Origin: Lama glama | Lineage: Eukaryota | Direction: 5' to 3' | Assembly (NCBI GenBank): GCA_028534125.1 | Contig: CM052816.1 | Span: 5,396,001 to 5,460,000, forward strand | Length of the DNA: 64,000 nt | In this document: one piece after another, positions 1-10,300 of the stretch | How positions within the stretch are numbered: position 1 is the stretch's first letter | Layout of the letters: each line of letters starts with the position of its first letter | The notes under the pieces: generated by a model | The model's database searches: none | What the model was told of the DNA's origin: nothing | Seen by the model: the letters and a program-made list of their open reading frames with translations, nothing else | Position numbers and translations under genes: made by a program

Positions 1-447
1 ACGAGGGAAGTCTCTGACTAGACTACGACCCTGGTCTCCTCCACCTGCCATCCTGGAACGTCTGAACTCCTTCCCCCTCTCCATTTCTCTTGAGGTGTAA
101 GCCACAAAGGACTCTGAACTCCGAACAGTACCCCCACCTCCCCAACCCCCACCTTACTCTCGCTTTGGCATCCTCGTCCGTAAATAATGAGCTCCTAGAC
201 ATACAGTGCCCCAAGCAGCATATGCGATGTACCCACAATGGCACAAAGGATGGTCTTCTCAGAACACACGACTCTGCTGTGAAAGTAGCCACTCCTGCAG
301 AGATGAATCCAAATCCTCAGACAAGCCTTCCCTGATCTCCCGGGCTAGATCACAGTCCCTGGGGGTCCCCTTAGAGCTCCTTTGTGATTTCACATTCATT
401 CAGGGGGCTTATTTCATTAGTCCGTCTCTCCTCAAATTGTGAGCTCC

Positions 448-947
448 NNNNNNNNNNNNNNNNNNNNNNNNNNNNNNNNNNNNNNNNNNNNNNNNNNNNN
501 NNNNNNNNNNNNNNNNNNNNNNNNNNNNNNNNNNNNNNNNNNNNNNNNNNNNNNNNNNNNNNNNNNNNNNNNNNNNNNNNNNNNNNNNNNNNNNNNNNNN
601 NNNNNNNNNNNNNNNNNNNNNNNNNNNNNNNNNNNNNNNNNNNNNNNNNNNNNNNNNNNNNNNNNNNNNNNNNNNNNNNNNNNNNNNNNNNNNNNNNNNN
701 NNNNNNNNNNNNNNNNNNNNNNNNNNNNNNNNNNNNNNNNNNNNNNNNNNNNNNNNNNNNNNNNNNNNNNNNNNNNNNNNNNNNNNNNNNNNNNNNNNNN
801 NNNNNNNNNNNNNNNNNNNNNNNNNNNNNNNNNNNNNNNNNNNNNNNNNNNNNNNNNNNNNNNNNNNNNNNNNNNNNNNNNNNNNNNNNNNNNNNNNNNN
901 NNNNNNNNNNNNNNNNNNNNNNNNNNNNNNNNNNNNNNNNNNNNNNN
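448..947. other. Assembly gap (exactly 500 N)
   Basis: Run of N from 448 to 947. The round length indicates a scaffolding placeholder. Confidence 0.99.
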
Positions 948-1080
948 CTGGGAGAGTTATTCCTCCAGCCTCTTTCTTTCTCTTCAGTAATGCTTTAGCA
1001 ATTCTAGGTCTTTGATGGTTCCATATAAATTTTATTATGATTTGTTCTAGTTCTGTGAAATATGTCCTGGGTAATTGGAT
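948..1080 (-). mobile_element. Young LINE-1 ORF2 fragment running into the gap
   Basis: Reverse complement translates without stops as [44 protein letters not shown], matching the L1 ORF2p segment ..FFTELE..ILKFIWN.KR.RIAK.IL.KKNKAGGITLP. Confidence 0.95.
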
Positions 1081-1155
1081 CCAGACTTTTTAAAGTCAGA
1101 GGAAAATAAACTTTTTTTGCGTTTAAGCCATTCAGATCTAATCTTAACTGATACA
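1081..1155 (+). mobile_element. Old MaLR (MLT1-like) LTR 3' fragment
   Basis: ccagactttt..aataaa..gtttaagcca..taactgatac resembles the MLT1J/K 3' end. Confidence 0.4.
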
Positions 1156-1189
1156 AGCTTCTTCTCTTGAGGCCTGAAATCCTGAGAAG

Positions 1190-1330
1190 CAACTTGGTGC
1201 AGTGAAGAGGACCCTGAAGGAGAACCCAGAAGACCCAAGTTTCAGACTCCTCGCTCTGTGTTTATGAACAGTGAGGCAGGAGGCAGGTCCCTTGTCTTTC
1301 TAGGTCTCCATTCTTTGACTGCAGAATGGA
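1190..1330 (+). mobile_element. MIR SINE (degenerate)
   Basis: ggtgcagtgaagagga..agaagacccaagtttc..ggcaggtccctt..ggtctccattc..ctgcagaatgga follows the MIR core layout. Confidence 0.6.
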
Positions 1331-1349
1331 GTCAAAGTAACATGGTTAA

Positions 1350-2150
1350 CGTGACATGGTTATCTATTTTTAAAAATCCTAAGGACTCTACAAAAACACT
1401 AGTAGGACTAATGAGTTCAGCAGTGTCACAGGATACAAAGTTGACCTATGAAAACCAATTGTTTCTAAATACCAGCAATGAAACATTGGAAATGGAAATA
1501 AAAAAAAAATACCACTTACAATGGCATCAAAAATACTAACTACTTAAGGGATAAATTTAACAAAACTGTGCAAGACCTATTCACTGAAAACTACAAAATA
1601 CTGCAGAGAGAAGCCAAAGATCTAAACAAAGAGAGAGATATATCAAATTTATGGATCAGAAGACTAGGTGTTAAAATGTCGATCATCTCAAAATTGATCT
1701 AGAGACTCAGTGCAGTGTTTGTAGAAACTGACATGCACGGGCTCTAGAAGAACAGCTAAAACAATTTAGAAAAAGAGGAGTAAAGTTGGAGAACTTAATA
1801 TGTCCTAATTTCAAGGACTGCACTAGGGCTACAGTGACCAAGGGAGGATGGTTCTTGAGTAAAGAAAGAGATGTGATCAACAGGAATGGAGAGGAGAGTC
1901 TGGATATATAAGAAGCTGGTTATGAACAAAGGTGGCTACAGAAATCCAATGTGGAAAGGATAATCTTACCAACACATGGTGTCCAAAAATTAGGTATCCA
2001 TATGCCAAAAAATAAACCTCAACCCTTACTCACACCATACAAAAAACTTAGAATGGATAACAGACCTACACATAAGAGCCAAACTATAAAATTTGTAGAA
2101 GAAAGTATGTGAGCAAATTTCAGTGACCTGGGTTTAGGCAAAGGGTTCTT
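1350..2150 (+). mobile_element. Old LINE-1 (L1MB-like) ORF2 region, left part
   Basis: A-rich decayed ORF2: aaaatcctaaggactctacaaaaacacta, ttcagcagtgtcacaggatacaaa, gacctattcactgaaaactacaaaatactg, gacctgggtttaggcaaag. Confidence 0.9.
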
Positions 2151-2235
2151 CTTCTTTTTTTTTTAATATTAAGAGAAGTCTTTATTCTGGGGAACCTCAG
2201 GACTTGATTAGGACTACTGCCCCTTAACCCACAAA

Positions 2236-2325
2236 GTGTTTTCCGTAGGGGCTGTACCACTTTGCATTCCCACCAACAGTGCATCAGCATTCTCTTTTCT
2301 CCACAGTCTCATCAACACTTGTTAT
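2236..2325 (-). mobile_element. LINE-1 ORF2 3'-end fragment
   Basis: gctgtaccactttgcattcccaccaacagtg..ttctccacagtctcatcaacacttgttat is the antisense of the conserved L1 ORF2 C-terminal region. Confidence 0.85.
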
Positions 2326-2980
2326 CCCCTACTGTTAACACCTTGCATTACCATGTTGCATTTGCCAAAACTAAGAAACCAGCATTAGTACACTACTGAT
2401 AACTAAACTCCAGACATTGAGTCTCACCATTTTTTCTATTAATGTCCTATTTCTGTTCCAGGATTTAATACAGAGCACCACATTACAGTTAGTTGTCATA
2501 TCTTCCCAGACTCCTCTGGTCTGTGACGGTTTCTCTGATTGTCCTTGTTTTTGTTTCTTTTCATGACTTCAATAATCTTGATGAGCACTGGCTAGGTATC
2601 CTGTATACTGTCCCCCAATATGTGCTTGTCTGGTGTTTTTTGTTTTGTTTTGTTTTGTTTTCACGATTTGACTTGGGTTATGAGATTTGGGGGAAAATAC
2701 CACAATGATGAAATGCTCCTCAACACATCACATCCAGGGTTCATGATTTCTGTATGATGACCCTAGTGATATTCACCATTACCACCTGTATAAAGTTGTG
2801 GTTGCCAGGTTTCTCCGTGGTGAAGTTGCTGTTTTTTCTCTCACTACTCTGATTTTTGGAAGCAAATCCCTAAGTGTAGCCCACTTTCAAGTGTGTATGT
2901 GTGTGCTGGTGGGTGGCGGGTGAGAATTAAGCTCCACTTCTTGGATGGGGGAGAATCTACATGTATTTTTTTTGAATTCT
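2326..2980 (-). mobile_element. L1MC/L1MD-type 3' UTR nested in the L1MB
   Basis: aatgtcctatttctgttccaggat..ccacattacagttagttgtcat..ctgtgacggtttctc..catgacttcaa is typical antisense L1MC/MD 3' UTR. The whole insert is flanked by ggttctt (2144-2150, 2984-2990). Confidence 0.8.
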
Positions 2981-2983
2981 ACA

Positions 2984-3881
2984 GGTTCTTAAATGGGTCA
3001 CAAGCAATGTAAAATATGGATAAACTGGAATTCATTAAAAAGCCTTTGTTCTTCAAAGGGCAAGCCATGGACTTGGAAAATACATCTGCAAAACAAGTAT
3101 TTGATAAAGGACTTACATTCAGAATGCATAAAGGACTCTTAGAGCTCAACATCACTAGTCATTAGGGAAATGCAAATCAAAACCACAGGAGGTACCACTT
3201 TACACCTACCAGGATAGCCACAGTTTTTTTTAAAAACGGGAAATAACAAGTGTTGGCAAAGAAATTGGAACCCTTGTGCATTGCTGGTGGGAATGTAAAA
3301 TGGTACAACCTCTGCGGAAAAGTTTGGTGGTTTCTCAAAAGCTTAAACATAGAAGTATCACATGACCCAGCAATTCCACACCTAGGTATGTCTCCAAAAG
3401 GAATGAAAGCAGGGACTCAAACAGATATCTGCACGCCAACGTTCACAGCAGCATTGTTCACAACAGTCAAAAGGTAGAAATAACTCAAGTGTCCATCAAC
3501 AGACAAAGGGATAAACAAAATGTGGCACATACATACAATGGAATATTACTCAGCCATAAAAAGAATATCATTTTGAAATATGCTACAACATTGATGGACA
3601 TCAAAAATACTATGCCTAGTGAACTAAGCCAGACATGGAAGGACACATATTATATGATTCCACTTATGTGAGGCATCTAGAATAGACAAACTCATAGAGA
3701 CAGAAAACAGAATAGAGATCATTAGGCAGAATGGGGGAGTTACTGTTGGGAATGATGACAAAGTTCTGGGTATAGTGGTAATGGTTACACAGCATTGTGA
3801 ATGTGTTTAACGCCACTGAATTATACCCTTATGAACGGTTAAAATGATAAATATCATGTATATTTTACCACAATAAAAAAA
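2984..3881 (+). mobile_element. L1MB-like ORF2 end and 3' UTR, right part
   Basis: aacatcactagtcattagggaaatgcaaatcaaaaccac, gacccagcaattccacacctagg, aatggaatattactcagccataaaaag; ends in caataaaaaaa. Confidence 0.93.
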
Positions 3882-3979
3882 TTACACCTCCTTCCTCCCT
3901 GTACCCCTACCCTGCCTCTCTCCCCAAAAGCTAATCCTTGCATTTTCAACCCTTACATATTCTAATACTCTCTTGGAGA

Positions 3980-4170
3980 CACACTGGACGTATATTAGCA
4001 TATTAAAGGCTCTGCGAAGTCTCACAAAAAAGAAAGCCGCCTAACTGCTTAATCTAGTATTTCGTAAATTTATTTGATGAGGAGTTTCCCCCACCCACCC
4101 CACCCCCTCCAGCTAGAGAATGATTAATATCCTCAGGAACTCATAGACCTCGTTTTGAAACGCTAGGCTA
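3980..4170. mobile_element. hAT-Charlie-type MITE fragment
   Basis: gcatattaaaggctctgcgaagtc..aaagaaagccgcctaact..gttttgaaacgctag resembles Charlie-derived MITEs. Confidence 0.5.
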
Positions 4171-4369
4171 ATAACGACGGGGTTTAAGAGGGAGAACACA
4201 ACAGGGTTCCTCCCCTCTGCAATCAGTTTTCTGGATTTTTCTTTAAAGCACATAGACATGAAACAACTACAAAAGGTTTCAAGTTGACATACTGATTTGA
4301 AAGAAAGGAAATAAAGTTTATGATAATATCAGATTCTTCAAAAAGAAAGCTGCAGTCAACAGCCGAAGC

Positions 4370-4690
4370 ATCTGCCATCCATCTGTTTACTCACCCGTCC
4401 GCTCATCCATCTATTCACTCTGCTAATAATCCTTTATTGTGCAACTACTCTTTGTTGGCCTTGGGTTAAGTGCTTCAGGGAATATCATGAAAGACGTGGT
4501 TTTTGTCTATGTTAAAGGCCCGATGTGAAATCATTTCATTCTAAAAACTGCTACTGGAACTGGGAAAATAATTTATTCTCCCAGAGTAATTGTTCTGGGA
4601 ACAGTTCTGCAGAGCGCACTGGGGCTGGGCTTTGAAGGATGAGTATAATGCGGGCTGGGGAAGGCACTGCAGGAGCCAAGGTGATAAGGT
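4370..4690 (-). mobile_element. L2 LINE fragments
   Basis: catccatct/cattc-type tail, then tttattgtgcaactactct..gtgcttcaggga and gggctttgaaggatgagta. Confidence 0.6.
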
Positions 4691-4926
4691 TGCCCAGAAA
4701 TGCTCCTCTTTTGTCTTCTACTCACATGGAAGACTGCAGACTGTTTCAGAAGCCTGGCTTCTCAGAACTCTGGTTAATGGACCACCTTACATTTTCCAGA
4801 TGGTCTCTCATACATAAATTTCTCCAAAAACCTTTGCTTAGCTTGAGAAACAATGGATTTGAAGTTGTGGGGGTGGGGCTCATGTTCTTTTATTCTAGAG
4901 AATTTAGTACGATTTCTCAGGATGAC

Positions 4927-5480
4927 TGTGGGAGATAGACTGAAAAAGTGGCCCCAATCCTCCACCCCTCCCTGTGTCCATAAGCTCTGCAAGCCCATGG
5001 CTCCTCCTATCAAGAGATGGAGTCTGTCTCCCCACCTTCTCAGTCTGGACAGGCGTGGTGACTTGCTTTGGACAAAAGAAGGAGGCAGAAGTGACAATGT
5101 GCCAGTTTTGAGCCTATGCGTCTACGAGTTGCACTCTTTCACCCTGTTTTTTATTCTTCTGCCTCCTCTAAGGAAAACAAGCCTAGGCTAGTTTGCTGAA
5201 AGGATGGGAGGGCCAGCTGGAAGAGGAAATAGGTGGAGAGGCACTGATGTACTGGACCAGCTGACAGCCAGCCAACCCCCAAAGATATGACAGCCCAGCC
5301 AAGGCCCACAGAGCCGCTGAGCCCACCCATGGCTGATCAGAGATGCATGAGAGAGCGCAGCCAAGACCAGAGAAATCCCCCAACTGACTTGCAGACCCGT
5401 AAGCAATAATACATGATTGTTGTTGGAAGTCACTGAGCTATGGGGTAGTCTGTCATGCAGCACTGTTTGTGGTCACAGAG
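4927..5480 (+). mobile_element. MaLR solo LTR (MLT1H/G-like)
   Basis: Starts tgtgg. Contains ctcctcctatcaagagatggagtctgtctccccac, gtgacttgctttggacaaaagaa, gcagaagtgacaatgtgccagttttgagccta and a terminal tgttgtt..aagtcactgag..tgcagca. Confidence 0.88.
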
Positions 5481-5827
5481 AAGCAATAAAATGACTTTAG
5501 TGAGGATTCAGAAGATTCAGTTCAGTTCTGTGTTTGCACCCAAAGGCGCCCAACAGAAACATAAATCTTGGAATCCTGTTCTCTGCCTTATTTTTGAAAG
5601 ACCCCAATCATACCTGTCTTACACCGTTCAGTTCAAATACCACATCCTCAAGAAACCCTGTCTATCCCCCTCTACTTACACAGTAATCTTTTCTCCCACT
5701 GACCTCTCAATGCACTCTCTCTACCTTTCTCTTTTTTGAAGTTAGCCCTTAAGGTTAAGGTTATAAATTATAGCTATTTGTATACATGTATATCTATTAA
5801 TCCCATTTCTCTCTCCTGGGTTCTAAA

Positions 5828-5904
5828 CCAGCGCTTTCAAACTACCTGTGACGAAGAATTCCTTACTTCACTTTCATTTTGAATTCATTGCGAACCAAAC
5901 CATC
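5828..5904. mobile_element. hAT-Charlie-type MITE, left part
   Basis: ccagcgctttcaaactacctgtgacgaag terminus. Appears to continue at 7010-7215 after two MLT LTRs. Confidence 0.5.
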
Positions 5905-6499
5905 TGTGGTAGGCAGAATCCTAAGAATGCCTTCCAGTCACCCTCATCCTCTTACACTCCCCTCCCCTTGGGGTGTGGGCAGAACCTTGGAACATGATGA
6001 GATATTATGCCTCTGATTACCCTGTGTTACATGGCAAAAGGGGATTATCCAGCTCGACATAATCTAGTCACAAAAAGAAGAAGAGTTTTCTCCATCTGGC
6101 TGTATAAGAAGTCCAAATGATTCAAAGGGTGAGAAGAATTGGACACGGCATCACTGGCTTTGAAGATCCAGACCCCAGGGGCCATGTGTGGGTGGCCTCT
6201 AGGAGCGGAAAGCAACCCCTGGCTGACAGCCAGCAAGGAAATGGGGAACCCAATCCTGCAAACACAAGCAACAGAATCTACTAAAAACCTGAATAAGCCT
6301 GGAAGTGAATTCTTCCCCAGACCTCCAGACACGAGCCCAGACTGGCAACAACACCTTGATTTCAGACCCTGAGCAGAGAACCCAGTTGTGTCAACTTGGA
6401 CTCATGACCTAAAATAAAAGACTTTGAGCTAAATAATGTGTATTGTTTTAAGCCACTAAATTTGCACTCATTGTTACACAGCAACAGAAAACGAATACA
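5905..6499 (+). mobile_element. MaLR solo LTR (MLT1E-like)
   Basis: Termini tgtggtaggcagaat..aataca. Contains ggcctctaggagc..ccctggctgacagccagcaaggaaatggg and tgttttaagccactaaattt. Confidence 0.93.
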
Positions 6500-6505
6500 C
6501 CTCTG

Positions 6506-7008
6506 TGTAGTGTGGCTGATTATGTTTTCCAAAGGTGGGTGCAGCAAAATCTTATGTCCCATGTGTTCTTCTAGAACCTTCCCATAAGCGTATTAAGTGG
6601 TGAGAGCTAGGTTCCCCTCCCTTTAAAGTTGGGCAGAACTTTGTGAATCCTTCAACCAACAGAGTTTCTCAGCAGCAGAGATTCAGTGTGACATCCGAGA
6701 CTAGATCATAATAAGGCCACGCACTTCCACCTTGCTCTCCTAGGACACTGGCCATTGGAACCCAGCCACCATGCACCCTGGCAGAGAAGCAAAGGCCAGC
6801 ACCAACTAGCCAGCCATGTGAGTGAGCCATCCTGGAAGTGGACCCTCCGGCCCTGGCAGAGCCACCCTGTACACACTGTATGGAGCAGAGGTGAACTGTG
6901 CTGTCCAGCCCTGCTCAAATCGTAGATTTATGAGCAAATAAATGACTGCTGTTGTTTAAATCCATTAGGTGTTGGGGCAGTTTGTTAAAGAGCAATAGTA
7001 ACTAGAAT
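6506..7008 (+). mobile_element. MaLR solo LTR (MLT1G-like)
   Basis: ttggaacccagccaccatgc, gccagccatgtgagtgagccatcctggaagtggaccctcc, tgagcaaataaatgactgctgttgttt, gcaatagtaactagaa. Confidence 0.88.
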
Positions 7009-7009
7009 G

Positions 7010-7215
7010 TGTATACAGCTTGCGCCTGGTGTCACTCACCACGAGTTCGACAACATGTGAACTCATCTATATCTATGCAACAAAACGTGTCCATTGAGCA
7101 GGCACTGGCTGTCAAGGCAATGTCTGATTGCCATAAAAGTTTCTAAATCTTTATCTTCAATTTCTATGTTTATCTCACCGTGAACTGGCACCATTCTTCA
7201 GTCAACACTCAGGGC
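7010..7215. mobile_element. hAT-Charlie-type MITE, right part
   Basis: attgccataaaagtttctaaat..caatttctatgtttatctcaccgtgaactggcacc resembles a Charlie-derived MITE (MER119-like). Confidence 0.55.
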
Positions 7216-7375
7216 CGCCTGGCTATAGAAGATCTCTGGGCCACGCCCAAGCTTATTCATCTCTGTGTCATCCCAAATGCCTAGTAAAATTCTTGGAAAT
7301 AGAAGGGGTTTGGTAGATCTTTATGGAGGGAATAGAACATTCAAAGAAAGCTGAGGCTGGAAGCTCAACTCACTC

Positions 7376-7882
7376 ATTCTATTTATTTATTTATTTATTA
7401 TTTTTTATTGATATGTGTAGTCAATTTATAATGTTAGTTTCAGGTATACAGCAAAGTGATTCAGTTATACATATACATATATATGTGTGTGTATACACAC
7501 ATAGACACACACACATTCTTTTCCATTACAGCTCATTACAGGAAACTGAACATAGTTCCCTGTGCTATACAGTAGATCCTTGTTTTATTTGTTTTATATA
7601 TAGTAATGTATATCTATTAATCCCAAACTCCTAATCTATCCCCTCTAATTTACCACCTCCACCCCCTGCCCCAGGTAACGAGTTTGTTTTCTATGTCCAT
7701 GAATCTATTTCTGGTTTGTAAATAAAATTTGTACCTTTTCTTTCTTTCTTTTTTTAAGATTCCACATACAAATGACATATGACATTTGTCTTTCTCTGTC
7801 TGACTTACTTCACTTAATATGATCATCTCTAGGTCCATCCATGTTGCTGCAAATGGCATTATTTCATTCTGTTTCATGGCTG
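7376..7882 (-). mobile_element. Artiodactyl/camelid LINE-1 3' end, 5'-truncated, with TSD
   Basis: (ATTT)n tail, cagcaaagtgattcagttatacat, gttccctgtgctatacagtag, tctaggtccatccatgttgctgcaaatggc. Exact 11-bp TSD tcaactcactc at 7365-7375 and 7883-7893. Confidence 0.96.
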
Positions 7883-8089
7883 TCAACTCACTCTTATTAT
7901 AGATGGCAATGTGGTGATCCAGAGTGATGAAGGGATACATTCAGGGTCATGGGAGGAGCAAGTGGCAGGGCCATGATAAAGGCAAAGAATTCCTGAAACC
8001 TTCTAATCTAGGCTTTACCAACCCAACTGCCTATGTGTGAAGATGGCTGGCAGGTGTAAGAGGAAGGAGGCTGCTGAAAAGGTAAGTGT

Positions 8090-8306
8090 ATGCCTGCCCA
8101 TGTAAAGGTGGGGACAGTGGCCACCCAGCCCCGAGTGACTGTTGCCAAGTGAAGGCCCGTGAAAACAGATGTTCAGTTTTTAAAAGAAAATCTGGAAAAT
8201 TCAGGTATCTAGGGACTCCTTCTTGATTTTTAACATATTATCTGCATAAACAAATATGTTTGCATGCTAGATTTGGTCCAGCGGGTCACCAATTTTGCAA
8301 TTCCTG
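8090..8306 (-). mobile_element. MER102-like hAT-Charlie element
   Basis: cagccccgagtgactgttgccaagtg..aaacaaatatgtttgcatgctagatttggtccagcgggtcaccaattttgcaattcctg. Confidence 0.65.
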
Positions 8307-8434
8307 AGCACTTCTAATTTACAAGTACAGAAGCTGAGGTCCTGAGAGGTTGCAGAGTTAACTAAGAATACATAGGAAGAAACAGCAAGGCCATTTTCTG
8401 ACCTGTCCAGGAACTTGGTCATGATGATGATGAG

Positions 8435-8645
8435 TATTATCAGCATTTACTGAACCCCTGCTATGGGCACGGCACTACGCCAGGCACTTACACCCCCAAC
8501 CTCATTTAATCCTTGCGACAGTCCTAGACAGAAGGCACAAATATTTCCCCTTTTTACAGATTCAGCAAGTGGCTCAAAGAAGCTAAGTAACTCACCAAGA
8601 TCATAGCATAAATAAGCAGTGGGTCTTCATTCCTAACCACACTTC
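8435..8645 (-). mobile_element. MIR SINE
   Basis: catttactgaacccctgctatg..ctcatttaatcctt..ttttacagat..gctaagtaactcaccaagatca. Confidence 0.85.
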
Positions 8646-8994
8646 TCCCACCTCGCACCGTTTCACTGACCCCTAAGCCTCCCGCCTATCGAAGCCCCAG
8701 CTTCAGTTTTACCTGGAAGAGATGCAAAATCCATTTGTTAACATTTCTCTATCATTCCAACCCAGGAGAGGCCATCTAAGGCTGGCCTGTTTCCTATCCC
8801 CCAGAGTCTGAGTGACAGCCTGTGCATAGCTCAGCCTTCCCAGGTGCTGACTCTCAAGAGGAGCAAGGTGCATCTGCAGCTGTGCAGTGAAAGCAGCAGT
8901 TTGTGCCTTAGGGTGAGGATGCCCCAGGTTCTTTGCTAAATATAAAGGAAGCATAGGACTGGGGATGTGGGAGGGGCCTAAGAGAAATCATTTA

Positions 8995-9180
8995 GACCTG
9001 GCATTTCCAAACTATGGTTCAACGGATCCCTTGGAGATGCTGCAGCTGGGAGCTGGAGGCAGGTGAGTCCTGGCAAGAGGGGCTCTGATTTCTTCTTTGT
9101 CCTACATTCATTAGGCTTCCAAGTAAGATTATATGACAAGTGTTCTACCACTGGAAAACAAGTTTGAAAACCATTGATCT
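8995..9180. mobile_element. hAT-Charlie MITE (MER112-like)
   Basis: Imperfect inverted termini tagacctggcatttccaaact / agtttgaaaaccattgatcta. A related copy lies at 21940-22150. Confidence 0.55.
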
Positions 9181-10087
9181 AAGCCAACCCTTTCACTGCA
9201 TTTTTAAAAAGACAAACCCTATAATTTGATTTGCAATTATAAAAATAATAAAGGCCCATGGTGAAGGACTCAAAAAGTCAAAAGGGTATACAATGAAACA
9301 TAAAAATCTCTTCCCACTCCCAACTCCCAGACCCACTCCCTAGAGATAAGCACTATTAACAATTTATTGAGTATTCCTTCCAGAATTTTTTATAAGGAAA
9401 CTGAGCAACTGAGCTTGGCTTGTCTGAGATTATCCAGCCAGGGCTATTTATTGGACGTTACGCTCCTGGCATTTCTCTCTTCCTCTGAAAATTGCAAAAG
9501 TCTTAAATGTTTCCCCAGATTGCAGACTCTCTCCTCAATCCACCTGCAGCTTCAGAAACCATACATTATGCATCTTCTGGCCTTACTCACTGAACAGGAA
9601 AATTTCATGTCTTTTTCATGTGACCATATTTCCCCACGGTCTTTGCTTTACATGGTGGAGAAATAACCAGAATCACGTTTTCAGCTGGCAGTATTCAGGC
9701 CAGGAGCAGCAGATGTAAAAGTGTATGTTCAGCAAGCTGTGGGGGCCGCTGGACAGGAATTCTGGCTGAACCAAAGTCCTGGAAGGGACAACACCTCCAT
9801 ATCCTTGGCCCTAAGAGAGCCTCCAACAGCTCTGGTTCCTCTCTGGGTGCAAAGCCGACCTTTCCACTGGTCTCCCAGCCCTCAGGCAGCTGCCCCCAAT
9901 TCCTAACTTTCCTGTCTGCTTCCTGTGCCTTCATGGTTCTCTTGGCATTCCCCCTCTGGGTCCCTTCTTTTCTCTGCCTCCCATCCTGGACCCATCTTCA
10001 GGCTGAGCCCATTTCCTTTCTGGTAGTAAAGATCCCATTAGAAGACAGAGCACCCAGACCCTCTTTCTCTCCTCGAGAAGACCCAGA

Positions 10088-10300
10088 GGGCCAACATTTA
10101 TTGGGCTTCCTATATGACAGTCTATGCTAGGCAATTTACAGGCCTTAGTCTCACAACAAGCCTGGAAGGTGGCACTACTATTGTCATCCCATTACAGATG
10201 AGGAAACTGAGTAGGAAGTGGTAGCTGGCACAAGAACACAGAGCTGGTTAAGCCAAGGCTCAGGATGGACTTCTTCAAGCTCCTAAAGCTGGGAGTTGCC
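10088..10300 (-). mobile_element. MIR SINE
   Basis: aacatttattgggcttcctatatg..ctcacaacaa..cccattacagatgaggaaactgag. Confidence 0.9.

Noticed and set aside
384..998. 204-aa and 183-aa ORFs (also the ORFs at 46643-46919)
   Set aside because: Artefacts of translating through N gaps.
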